Of a DNA stretch of 64,000 bases, positions 10,275-19,288 are shown piece by piece. Made by a program: the position numbers and the translations under genes. The DNA comes from Candidatus Pelearchaeum maunauluense (GTDB taxonomy: Archaea > Thermoproteota > Nitrososphaeria_A > Caldarchaeales > Caldarchaeaceae), in the NCBI GenBank assembly GCA_030059675.1, contig JANVYQ010000001.1:128001-192000 (forward strand). Reading direction: 5' to 3'. The notes below the pieces were generated by a model that was not told the DNA's origin, ran no database searches, and saw only the letters and a program-made list of their open reading frames with translations. Each line of letters starts with the position of its first letter. Positions within the stretch are counted from its first letter, which is position 1.

Positions 10275-10622
10275 TTGAAGATATCTGAGTTTGACGCTGT
10301 TGTTGAGAGCGCTGGGCGTAGGCTTGCTTACTTGAATAACTGGAGGGAGGCCGCTGGTAAAATTCGCGAGATTGTTATGGAGTTTTATCCAGATGCGCGT
10401 GTCTTTGTTTTTGGTTCTGTTTTGAGCGGCAGGATCACCGCGGCCAGCGATATTGATTTGCTGGTGATACGTGGGGAGGATGCGCGTAGGGTTGACTCGC
10501 TGGTAAGGGCTGAGGCTTGGCGCCGCATGCCGTATTGCCCAGCCCCGCTACACTTCGCGACCGAGCGGGAGTTTAGCCGTTGGTATATGCGTTTCATAGA
10601 CAAATTTGTGGAGGTGGTGTAG
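10275..10622 (+). CDS. Minimal nucleotidyltransferase (MNT/MntA-like antitoxin)
   Basis: VFVFGS...SDIDLLVI (GS + DxD). Confidence 0.85.
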   Translation: MKISEFDAVVESAGRRLAYLNNWREAAGKIREIVMEFYPDARVFVFGSVLSGRITAASDIDLLVIRGEDARRVDSLVRAEAWRRMPYCPAPLHFATEREFSRWYMRFIDKFVEVV

Positions 10623-10624
10623 TT

Positions 10625-10966
10625 TTATTTCAGCGCTTTGCGGCCGCGTTCTCCTGTCCGTATTCTAACAGCATCCTCCACGTGGAGGATTATTATCTTC
10701 CCGTCTCCAATCTCACCAGTCTTGGACGATTCCTTGATTGTCTCCAGAACACGCTCAACCTCATCATCCTCTACTATGACCTCAAGCTTCAGCTTTGGTA
10801 GCATGTCTATACGATATTCATGGCCCCTCACTATCCAGCTAATCCCCTCCTGCAGCCCCCTTCCCCTGACCTCGTAGACTGTTAGGCCTCCGCAGCCTAT
10901 GCTTTTCAGCGCTTTCTTCACATCGTCAAGCTTTTCGGGCCGTATTATTGCTTGGATTAGCTTCAC
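10625..10966 (-). CDS. glnK: PII nitrogen regulatory protein
   Basis: AIIRPEKL, RGRG-Q T-loop with Tyr, TGEIGDGKI, RIRTGERG; directly follows amtB. Confidence 0.95.
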   Translation of the reverse strand: MKLIQAIIRPEKLDDVKKALKSIGCGGLTVYEVRGRGLQEGISWIVRGHEYRIDMLPKLKLEVIVEDDEVERVLETIKESSKTGEIGDGKIIILHVEDAVRIRTGERGRKALK

Positions 10967-10981
10967 CGACGCATCACCTCT

Positions 10982-12202
10982 CTAGGAGTATGCTGTCTCC
11001 GCGTGCTGTGTGAGGTCTAGGCCCATCATCTCCTCGCGCGGCGTTACCCTAAGCCCGACAGTCTTGTCCAGTAGCTTGAGTATGGCTAGCGTTGCTGTGA
11101 AGGAGTATGCCCATGTTACCCCGACGGCGGTGAGCTGAACTAGAACCTGTGCGGCGTTGCCGTAGAGCGCTCCAGCAGCCCCTCCCACCGCTGGGTCGGC
11201 GAATATTCCCGTAGCTATCGCGCCCCAGGTTCCGCCTATGCCGTGTATCCCCCAAACGTCCAGCGAGTCGTCAATCTTCAGCCTTGAGCGGAGCATTACT
11301 GCCAGGTAGCAGAGAACGCCTGCTCCGAAGCCTATCGTGAGCGCGCCCAGCACGTTTACGAAGCCTGCCGCTGGGGTTATGGCTACAAGCCCAGCTATGG
11401 CACCGCTGGCCGTGCCTATTATGCTCGCCCTCCCGCGGTGGAGCCAGCTCATCACCATCCACGCCAACGCTGCTGCGCTTGCGGCTGTGTTGGTCGTAAC
11501 GAACGCCGCGGTAGCCTGCATCCCCGCGCTCAGCGCGCTCCCAGCGTTGAAGCCGAACCAGCCAAACCAGAGGAGAACGGCTCCAAGAACAACGTATGTT
11601 ACGTTGCTGGGCTCCATGCTCGTGGTCCCGTATCCCAGTCTCCTGCCCAGCACTAGGGCAGTAGCGAGTGCTGCGACGCCTGAGTTTATATGAACAACCG
11701 TCCCGCCCGCAAAATCTAACGCGCCCAGGTTGCTTAGCCAGCCTCCAGAAGCCCAGACCCAGTGGGCTATGAGGTCGTAGACGAATTTGGCCCAGAGTAT
11801 TATGAAGAGGAGGAGGGCGCCAAACCTTATGCGCTCAACCACGGCTCCTATTATGAGGGCTGGAGTGATTATCGCGAACATTCCCTGGAATATCATGAAT
11901 GCTTGGTGTGGTATGGTCTCTGCGTAGTCTGGGTTTGGCTCCAGTCCCACGCCGTTTAGGCCCAGCCACTCAAGACCGCCTATAAGCCCCATCTTGTCTG
12001 GGCCGAAGGCTAGCGAGTATCCCCAGAGAACCCACTGGACGCTTACGAGAGCAACTGTAGCGAAGCAGGCCATTATCGTGTTGGCTAGGTTCTTGCGCCT
12101 CACTAGGCCGCCGTAGAAGAAGCCCAGAGCGGGGGTCATCAGTAGGACCAGCGCAGCCGAGAGAAGCACCCACGCTGTATTCCCAGCGTCAACCCCCGCC
12201 AT
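10982..12202 (-). CDS. amtB: Ammonium transporter
   Basis: DFAGGTVVH, WFGWFGFNAGS, DDSLDVWGIHG. Confidence 0.97.
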   Translation of the reverse strand: MAGVDAGNTAWVLLSAALVLLMTPALGFFYGGLVRRKNLANTIMACFATVALVSVQWVLWGYSLAFGPDKMGLIGGLEWLGLNGVGLEPNPDYAETIPHQAFMIFQGMFAIITPALIIGAVVERIRFGALLLFIILWAKFVYDLIAHWVWASGGWLSNLGALDFAGGTVVHINSGVAALATALVLGRRLGYGTTSMEPSNVTYVVLGAVLLWFGWFGFNAGSALSAGMQATAAFVTTNTAASAAALAWMVMSWLHRGRASIIGTASGAIAGLVAITPAAGFVNVLGALTIGFGAGVLCYLAVMLRSRLKIDDSLDVWGIHGIGGTWGAIATGIFADPAVGGAAGALYGNAAQVLVQLTAVGVTWAYSFTATLAILKLLDKTVGLRVTPREEMMGLDLTQHAETAYS

Positions 12203-12227
12203 GGGGCTAAAGCACCACTAAGCTAGC

Positions 12228-13706
12228 CTACACGTCAAAGTATAGGTAGAACTCGTATGGGTGTGGTCTTCCGCTTATCTCTATGAAGCAGCCCTCGGCC
12301 AGCTCTATGTGCGCGTCTATCAGGTCGTCTGACATGACTGGCTTGAGGAAATCCCTATCGCTCTGCAGGCTCTCTATCGCTTCTTTCAGGCTTCCTGGAA
12401 GCTCCTTAATGCCCAGCTCCCGCCTCTTCTCTGGCGTCAGCTTGTAGATGTTCTCGTCAACTGGATCTCCTGGGTCTATCTTACGCTTAACACCATCTAG
12501 GCCCGCCGCAAGCATGGAGGCGAAGCAGAGGTAGGGGTTTGCTGAGGGATCTGGCGTCCTGAACTCAACACGCTTCCTCTTGGAGGAGCCTGGCCCCTTC
12601 TGGTATACTGGGACCCTGACGTTGGCCGACCTGTTGGACCTGCTCCACGCTATGAAGATTGGCGCCTCATAGCCTGGGACCAGCCGTCTATATGAGTTTG
12701 TGGTAGGCGCCACTATTGCTGCAAGCGCTCTGCTGTGCTCCAGTAGGCCGCCTATGAAGTACCTGGCCGTCTGGCTTATCTCAGCATAGCTGTCTGCCTC
12801 GTCGTAGAAGAGGTTCTTCCCATCCTTCCAGAGGCTCACGTGGACGTGCATTCCTGAGCCGTTGTCCATGAAGATTGGCTTGGGCATGAAGGTGGCTATC
12901 ATGCCCATCTGCTTCGCTATGTTCCGCACCACGTACTTGTAGGTCTGGGCTTTGTCAGCCATCCTGGTCAGGGTGTCTAGTTTCATGTCTATCTCGCACT
13001 GGCCTGCTGTAGCTACCTCGTGGTGGTGCGCATCCACCTCAACGCCGAAGTAGTCCGTCAGGATGCGGCAGCATTCGTTTCGGAAGTCCATCAAAGTATC
13101 CTGCGGCGGTGCTGGGAAGTAGCCCTCTTTGAACCTGATTGGATAGTCTGTTCCATCACTATTCCACGCCGCCTCACGCGACTCTAGGGAGTATCCCTGC
13201 CCCTTGTAGGGCGAGGACACGTCCCACCGCACTTTATCAAAGACGAAGAACTCTATCTCAGGCCCCCAGTATGAGAGGTCAAAGCCCTGTTGCTTCAGAT
13301 ACTCCTCCGCGCGGTGCGCCGCCAGCCTGGGGTCGCGCGAAAACCTGCCGCCGCCAAACCCGCGGTAAACGTCGCATATCATCCGCGCTGTCTTTAAGTT
13401 GTCGCGGCTCCATGGGAGAACCGCGAACGTGGCTGGGTCTGGCCTTAGAAGCATGTCCGACTCGTATATCTCGGCGAAGCCGCGGATGGATGAGCCGTCC
13501 AGCTTCGGAACACCCTCGTCAAACGCCGCATCATCAAGATACTCGGTGGATATCGTAACGTGCTGAAGCTTCCCTGGTACGTCTGTGAATTGTAGGTCTA
13601 TGAACCTAATACCCTCCCGCTCAACTCTCTCCATTACCTGCTCTTTTGTTAGGCTCCAAGCCTTTCCACTTGTTGAGGCTGTTGCAACCACCATACTTCT
13701 TCTCAC
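12228..13706 (-). CDS. glnA: Glutamine synthetase type I
   Basis: DGSSI, HHEVA, TFMPKP..DNGSGMH, RLVPGYEAP, EFRTPDPSANPY. Confidence 0.98.
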   Translation of the reverse strand: MRRSMVVATASTSGKAWSLTKEQVMERVEREGIRFIDLQFTDVPGKLQHVTISTEYLDDAAFDEGVPKLDGSSIRGFAEIYESDMLLRPDPATFAVLPWSRDNLKTARMICDVYRGFGGGRFSRDPRLAAHRAEEYLKQQGFDLSYWGPEIEFFVFDKVRWDVSSPYKGQGYSLESREAAWNSDGTDYPIRFKEGYFPAPPQDTLMDFRNECCRILTDYFGVEVDAHHHEVATAGQCEIDMKLDTLTRMADKAQTYKYVVRNIAKQMGMIATFMPKPIFMDNGSGMHVHVSLWKDGKNLFYDEADSYAEISQTARYFIGGLLEHSRALAAIVAPTTNSYRRLVPGYEAPIFIAWSRSNRSANVRVPVYQKGPGSSKRKRVEFRTPDPSANPYLCFASMLAAGLDGVKRKIDPGDPVDENIYKLTPEKRRELGIKELPGSLKEAIESLQSDRDFLKPVMSDDLIDAHIELAEGCFIEISGRPHPYEFYLYFDV

Positions 13707-13730
13707 CGCATTAACAAAGGCGCTCTAGTA

Positions 13731-13759
13731 TTTTGACTGCTATATAACCTTTTGACAGG
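13731..13759 (-). promoter_or_regulatory. glnA-operon TATA box flanked by TTTTGAC direct repeats
   Basis: TTATATA on the minus strand at 13741-13747; TTTTGAC at 13731 and 13750. Confidence 0.5.
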
Positions 13760-13879
13760 CATGAAGACGTATTCATATTGTATGTGTTGTCTGTTTGCCG
13801 AGGTCTAACGTCAAATAAACAACATAATGTCTCTCTATAGGGCGATACGAGGCATTTTTATTAGACGGCTTTTAGAGGA

Positions 13880-14305
13880 ATGCCTGATATGCTCGTCAGA
13901 CTGCTCTCGTTCATCCTGCTCCTGACGGTCATACAGCTTGGGCAGGGAATGGCGATGTTTCTGGAGATTGCGCCTGTTGAGGAGGCTGTTCTACCGCACA
14001 TTACGTTAGGTGTTTTGACGTTTCTACTGCTCTTAGGAGCCACGTACTCCAGCCGCGTGTCTGGGCATCCAGCAGCGTCCGATATCACGTTTGCGGCGTT
14101 CCTATACCTCGTTCAGGGGGCTTTTGGCCTGACCAGCATGATGGGCGAGGCTACAAAGCTGGCGGGCGTCATACATCTTTACCTCTCGTTCTTCACCGTA
14201 GCCATGGTGGCTGCCACGGTGGTAATAGCGGCGAGTAAGACACCCAGCACAGAGCAGCGGCCGCCTGCTACTAGAGCTGTGCCGCAGCCCGCCGCGCGTA
14301 TCTAG
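13880..14305 (+). CDS. 4-TM membrane protein resembling a half heme A synthase (CtaA) or cytochrome b-type module
   Basis: Repeated Q..xG...H pattern (IQLGQG...PHITLG; VQGAFG...IHLYL). Confidence 0.5.
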   Translation: MPDMLVRLLSFILLLTVIQLGQGMAMFLEIAPVEEAVLPHITLGVLTFLLLLGATYSSRVSGHPAASDITFAAFLYLVQGAFGLTSMMGEATKLAGVIHLYLSFFTVAMVAATVVIAASKTPSTEQRPPATRAVPQPAARI

Positions 14306-14995
14306 CAGCACCATACAACGAGAGCGCAGCTATGGGCGTGTAGCCCAGCAAGACCGCGAGCCACATACCATTAGTAGCAGCTTCGGCGGCTCTAACCGAG
14401 GAGAGTATTAGGAACGCGGCAACCGCTGATGTTGATACCCTCTTAATACCGCCGCCCACTCCTTTATAGGCTGCGTATATCATCGTAGCCACCAGAAGCC
14501 ATCCCAGGAAGTTTGTTATTGGTACGCCGTAGAATTCTCCAGGCGGTAGCCACATCCAGAGGCGGCCTGAGAGTATGGGGTCTAGTATCACGTCCAGCAG
14601 GGTTAGCGTTGCCGCTGAGGCTGGTATCCATAGTCTTGGCCCAGCTACTGCGTTGCCTACCTGCATCGCGAGGTATGCTAGGGAAGACCAGAGGAGTGGA
14701 CTGCTATGGGAACTCCGCCGACCATAGCGTATCCCAGAGCGCCCTCCACATACTCGTACCTACCGAATGGGAAGCCTGTATGAACTCCCAAAACCTCCAT
14801 CGCGAGCCCTATCGCTATTGAGAACGCTATGTAGAGCGCAGCCTTTCTTAGGTGTGTTGCGGCGTGGATGAATACGATTAGCAGGAAGAGGTCTCCCACG
14901 ATTATGTGTAGCGGCATCATATCAGATGGGATTACCGAGCCAGCTAGAGTTAGGGCTATCAGGAGGGTGTCAAGAATCTTGTTCCAGCGACTCAT
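14271..14995 (-). pseudogene. CruF/DUF422 carotenoid hydratase-like protein, frameshifted
   Basis: EVLGVHTGFPFGRYEY, DVILDP, W.W...FYGVPITNFLGW. One missing C at about 14698 breaks GGVPIAVPLLW. Confidence 0.8.
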
Positions 14996-15455
14996 GCCAG
15001 CTCACATACGCTATGTATGATGCGGCGAATATCCCCACGCCCAATATATGCGCGGCTGTGCAGAAGAGGCATAGGGCGTTGATTATGGCGAGCTCAACAT
15101 AGACCAGCGCGGCTATTCCGAGCAAGCCGATTATTGACCAGGCCAGAAGAGGCTTACGCGTCTTCTCTAAGCGTGTTGATAGTATTGAGAGTGTGAGCGC
15201 TGCCATGAACCACGCCAACCCGTATGCTGCTGTCGGTATTCCCATGAAGCTCGCGTAGGGGCTGAGGAGAACATCAACGCAAGTGATTCTGCTCCCGACC
15301 TCGCAGAACCCGCTGCTCAGAACCTGCTCAGAGTCTATGAGGTATGCCGAAACAGCTACCCCAGCAGCAGACATAGCCGCGGAGAGGATGTAGAGCCTCT
15401 TCCAGCTTTCCTCAGGAGGCGAGAGCCTGCTCAATAAGGCTCGCCAGCTTATCAT
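14970..15455 (-). CDS. Vitamin K epoxide reductase (VKOR) family protein
   Basis: Loop cysteines FC...TC..VL.SPY; C-terminal CLFC. Confidence 0.9.
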   Translation of the reverse strand: MISWRALLSRLSPPEESWKRLYILSAAMSAAGVAVSAYLIDSEQVLSSGFCEVGSRITCVDVLLSPYASFMGIPTAAYGLAWFMAALTLSILSTRLEKTRKPLLAWSIIGLLGIAALVYVELAIINALCLFCTAAHILGVGIFAASYIAYVSWHESLEQDS

Positions 15456-16020
15456 AGCTCTGCTCTCCTACGAGCCTCCCCACAATCCTCCCATCCTTAC
15501 CTATAACGACATACGTCGGCGTCCCAACTACTGAGTAGAGGTTGAAAACATCCAGATTCTCGTCAAACAGGACTGCCCAGCTTACGTCGTGCTTACGTAG
15601 GAACTCGGCCGACTTCTGCTCATCCGTCCTCGCGTCGTTTCCCATGACTGTTATGAACTTCACGCCCCTCTCTGCGTAGGTGTCGTGGAGCTTCTTTATG
15701 GTTGGGGCCATCCTGTTGCAGTGGGGGCACCACGAGAAGGCGAAGTCCATGAAGACCACGCTCCCCCGCGCTGCTGAGAGGCTGAACTCCTCGCCGCTCA
15801 GGCCGTTCTGCGTCAAGACCTTGAGCGTGAAGTCAGGCGCCTCCTCCCCCAGGTGGGTGTTCCCACCCCGCTGGACAGGCTTGGGCGGGATTGAGATGAT
15901 ATACGCCAAAGCACCAACCAGGAGTAGGGCGGGGATAAGCGCCACTATGAGCGCCCTCCTCCCAGTATCGCGCTTCTTCCTCCGCTCACGCGCGGCCTTG
16001 CGCTTAGATTTCTTAGACAT
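15412..16020 (-). CDS. Membrane-anchored TlpA/ResA-type thiol-disulfide oxidoreductase
   Basis: N-terminal TM, APDFTL, WCPHC, GTPTYVVIGKDG. Confidence 0.9.
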   Translation of the reverse strand: MSKKSKRKAARERRKKRDTGRRALIVALIPALLLVGALAYIISIPPKPVQRGGNTHLGEEAPDFTLKVLTQNGLSGEEFSLSAARGSVVFMDFAFSWCPHCNRMAPTIKKLHDTYAERGVKFITVMGNDARTDEQKSAEFLRKHDVSWAVLFDENLDVFNLYSVVGTPTYVVIGKDGRIVGRLVGEQSYDKLASLIEQALAS

Positions 16021-16071
16021 TCCAGAAGCCTCCCATGGAACTGTGAGAGCTACGTTATATAATCATTCACC

Positions 16072-16812
16072 ATGGAGAACTCTAGGATGTTTGAGGTTCT
16101 GGCCAGTATTGACTTGGTTGGGGGTAGGGTTGCGCGTCTAACGCGGGGAGACCCACGTGAGACGAGGTTTTACGAGAAGAGTCCAGAGGAGTATGCTGGG
16201 CTATGGAGCGGGGCTGGGTTTAGCATGCTGCATATTGTAGATATTGACGCCGCGCTGGGCTGTGGGGATAATCTTGACGTGATAGAGCGGATTCTCAGCA
16301 GAGCTGGGATACCAGCGCAGGTTGGAGGTGGTGTGAGAAGCCTTGAGCGCGCCAAGATGCTAATACAGCTAGGCGCCGCGCGCGTGATAATCTCAAGCAT
16401 AATCTTCAAACAGCGTGATGCTGCCCTGGCGATACTCAGGGAGCTGGGTGGCGATAGGGTTGTCGCCGCACTAGATTTTGACGAGCATGGTGAGGTGCTT
16501 ATCTATGGATGGAGAGGCGGCTCTGGATACAAGCTGGTAGACGCCCTACGTGAGATTTCAGCACTAGGGTTTGAGCGGTTCATGACCACAAGCACATCCC
16601 GCGATGGAACGCTGCGCGGAATAGACACGACAACGCTGAGCACTATACCAAACGAGATGCGTAGCCAAATCCTCGCGGCTGGCGGAATAGCAAACGTGGA
16701 AGACGTGCTGAAGCTTCGCGACATGGGTTTCGGAGGAGCTATACTCGGAAAAGCAATATACGAGGGCGCGATAAGTCCTGAAGGCCTCAGGCGGCTGGGG
16801 CTTCTCGGCTAA
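16072..16812 (+). CDS. hisA: ProFAR isomerase
   Basis: SIDLVGGRVARL, HIVDID, QVGGGVR, RDGTL, AGGI, GKAIYEG. Confidence 0.9.
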   Translation: MENSRMFEVLASIDLVGGRVARLTRGDPRETRFYEKSPEEYAGLWSGAGFSMLHIVDIDAALGCGDNLDVIERILSRAGIPAQVGGGVRSLERAKMLIQLGAARVIISSIIFKQRDAALAILRELGGDRVVAALDFDEHGEVLIYGWRGGSGYKLVDALREISALGFERFMTTSTSRDGTLRGIDTTTLSTIPNEMRSQILAAGGIANVEDVLKLRDMGFGGAILGKAIYEGAISPEGLRRLGLLG

Positions 16813-16937
16813 GGAGAGGAGTAAAGAATATTAATCATCGTTCATTGTCAATCTGCTAACGAGGTTCGTCATTTTTATGGTGTTTTGCTGGTTTTTGTTA
16901 TGGATTTTTGGCATGTGTTGTTAAGGTTTAAATAGCG

Positions 16938-18248
16938 TTGAGTACGGTGCTTGAAACCCCAACGGCGGCAGCCATGTCAAGAACAACGCTAGAGCCGAGG
17001 ATTGTGCAAGACTACCTGCGCATCCCGCCGCAGGAGGATAAAGAGTTCTGGGATGCGCGTAAGATAGAGCATATCAGACTATTGGCGCGCTTCGGCAGGC
17101 CAGCATGGGTATGGGACCCGTATAAGCATGAGTCTAACAGGATTCTTGATAGGATTTCGTTCCTTGCTGAGCGTGATGACGGCGGGGAGCTGGGTGATGT
17201 TGATGGGGTGAGCACTAGGACGCTCCTCGCCTATGGTGGGATTGAGTTAACAACCCCAATCTATCTTGGTGATATGTCCTTTGGGGCGCTGAGCGGCGTT
17301 CCCAACATAGCGCTTGCGCGCGCAGCAGACATAACGGGCGCGCTCACTGGCACGGGTGAGGGTGGCCTCCACCCAGAGGTGAGGAAATGTAAGAGGATAA
17401 CCGTGCAGTGGGCGTCTGCGCGATTCGGCGTTGATATTGACGTGCTCAACACGGGCTTGGGGATTGTGATTAAGATAGGCCAGGGAGCCAAGCCTGGGAT
17501 AGGCGGCCACCTGCCAGGCGTGAAGGTTACAGAGCCGATAAGCACGACACGCCGCATACCAGTCGGTACTGACGCAATCTCACCAGCGCCCCACCATGAT
17601 ATTTACTCAATAGAAGACCTCGGCCAGCGCATATGGGCGTTGAAGGAAGCCACTGGCAAGCCCGTCTTCGTCAAGGTCGCTGTTACCAACTACATCACGT
17701 ACATCGCCTCTGGCGTGGCGCGTATGGGTGCTGATGGTATTATCATGGACGGGCAGGGAGCTGGGACAGGCGCTACTCCTGAGGTTATCCGCGATAATGT
17801 GGGGCTTCCGATAGAGATTGCTGTGCCAGCGGTTGATAGGCTGCTGCGCCGCGAGGGGCTGCGGGATGGTTTCTCAATAATAGCGGCGGGCCGCGTGAGC
17901 AGCGCGGAGGACACGGCGAAGCTCATAGCGCTTGGGGCTGACTGCATCTCCATAGGCACGGCAGCCCTAATCGGGATGGGCTGCATAATGGTTCACCGCT
18001 GCCACCTGGGATTCTGCCCAGCCGTGCTAACCAACAAGATAACCGAAAACCCGACGAAGGTTCTCTCGCTTGACATGGCTACGCAGTGGACGGTCAACCT
18101 AATCCGCGGCTGGACCGCCGAGCTTAAGCTGATAATGGATAGGGTGGGCGTTGATAGTATTGAGGAGCTTCGCGGGCGGCGTGAGCTCCTCACAGCCCGC
18201 GGCGTTGACGAGGAGACGGCGGCGATACTCGGTGTAGAGACCTCTTAG
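16938..18248 (+). CDS. gltB: Glutamate synthase FMN/[3Fe-4S] subunit (GltB2-type)
   Basis: [64 protein letters not shown]. Confidence 0.92.
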   Translation: MSTVLETPTAAAMSRTTLEPRIVQDYLRIPPQEDKEFWDARKIEHIRLLARFGRPAWVWDPYKHESNRILDRISFLAERDDGGELGDVDGVSTRTLLAYGGIELTTPIYLGDMSFGALSGVPNIALARAADITGALTGTGEGGLHPEVRKCKRITVQWASARFGVDIDVLNTGLGIVIKIGQGAKPGIGGHLPGVKVTEPISTTRRIPVGTDAISPAPHHDIYSIEDLGQRIWALKEATGKPVFVKVAVTNYITYIASGVARMGADGIIMDGQGAGTGATPEVIRDNVGLPIEIAVPAVDRLLRREGLRDGFSIIAAGRVSSAEDTAKLIALGADCISIGTAALIGMGCIMVHRCHLGFCPAVLTNKITENPTKVLSLDMATQWTVNLIRGWTAELKLIMDRVGVDSIEELRGRRELLTARGVDEETAAILGVETS

Positions 18249-18255
18249 TGGCGGG

Positions 18256-19281
18256 GTGTTTTACAGAGCCTTGGAGACGGCAGTCTGGAGTAGGCGGAGG
18301 GTTAAACACCTCCAAGAGATGTCGGGCGCGGCTGGCAAGACACCAGGCGAGGCAGTGATAACCAGCATGGGTAGCACAGGCCCACCGCTGGTGGAGAACC
18401 CAGTCTTCATAACAGACCACCTAGTTAGCGATGGCGCCCAGGTTACGCGCCCCAGCATAGACCCTTACCGCGAGCCTATTGAGACGTATGTCTTCCTGGC
18501 TGGGGGTTTGGTTAGGCTCTCCCTTCCTGTGGTTGTTGAGGAGAGGCCAGGGGTCTCTGACGCTGTTGTGGCGGCTTTGGTTAGGGCGGCGTATAACATG
18601 GGTGTCTTGGCTTATCTGCGTAGGGCGCTACCAGAGGGGCTTGAGCGATACGCCGAGCGCGTCGTTGTTGATGCTGCCTATTATGAGGATGGGCTGGGCT
18701 ACGTCGGCATGGTGGCTGACTATGATAGCCAGTGGGAGCAGAGCGCTCTGCGCAGACTTGACTGCGTCAAGCTCCTACGAATACCAACAGCTGTGAGCTC
18801 TGCTCTTCTTGAGAGATGCGTGGCCGCTGGCTTCGGTGGCGTAGTCGTGGATGAGACACTTCCCGCAAGCAAGGAGAGCCCCCTGGAGCTGGCTGTCTCA
18901 GACGTTGATAGGACTTTGAAGAACATCAAGGAAGGCGGCGAGCCCGTGAGGAATGGGATGAGCGTTATAGCGTGTAGCCCGCGTATTAGGGGGTCTGACG
19001 ACGTGTTCAAGCTCCTTGGCCTGGGAGCCGACTGCGCAACAGTGGGCGAGGCCACGCTAGTAGCTACTGGCTTCAGGCAGGGGCGCCTGCCTGAGAAAAT
19101 GCAGGAGCTGGTGGAGAACTTCATCCTGGCTGTGCAGAAGGAGATTAAGCTCCTGGCGGGAGCAGCTGGGGTGAGCTGCGTCTATACATCAATCATAGGG
19201 AACCGCGAGCTCTTCAGGGCTATACTGCTTGAGCCTTCCCTGCGTAGGAGGCTTGGGGTTAAGCCCGCTGGCGTTGGGTGA
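18256..19281 (+). CDS. Degenerate second glutamate-synthase FMN-barrel domain
   Basis: QVTRPSIDPYREP, DVFKLLGLGAD; lacks the Fe-S cysteines. Confidence 0.75.
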   Translation: MFYRALETAVWSRRRVKHLQEMSGAAGKTPGEAVITSMGSTGPPLVENPVFITDHLVSDGAQVTRPSIDPYREPIETYVFLAGGLVRLSLPVVVEERPGVSDAVVAALVRAAYNMGVLAYLRRALPEGLERYAERVVVDAAYYEDGLGYVGMVADYDSQWEQSALRRLDCVKLLRIPTAVSSALLERCVAAGFGGVVVDETLPASKESPLELAVSDVDRTLKNIKEGGEPVRNGMSVIACSPRIRGSDDVFKLLGLGADCATVGEATLVATGFRQGRLPEKMQELVENFILAVQKEIKLLAGAAGVSCVYTSIIGNRELFRAILLEPSLRRRLGVKPAGVG

Positions 19282-19288
19282 TGATTTG

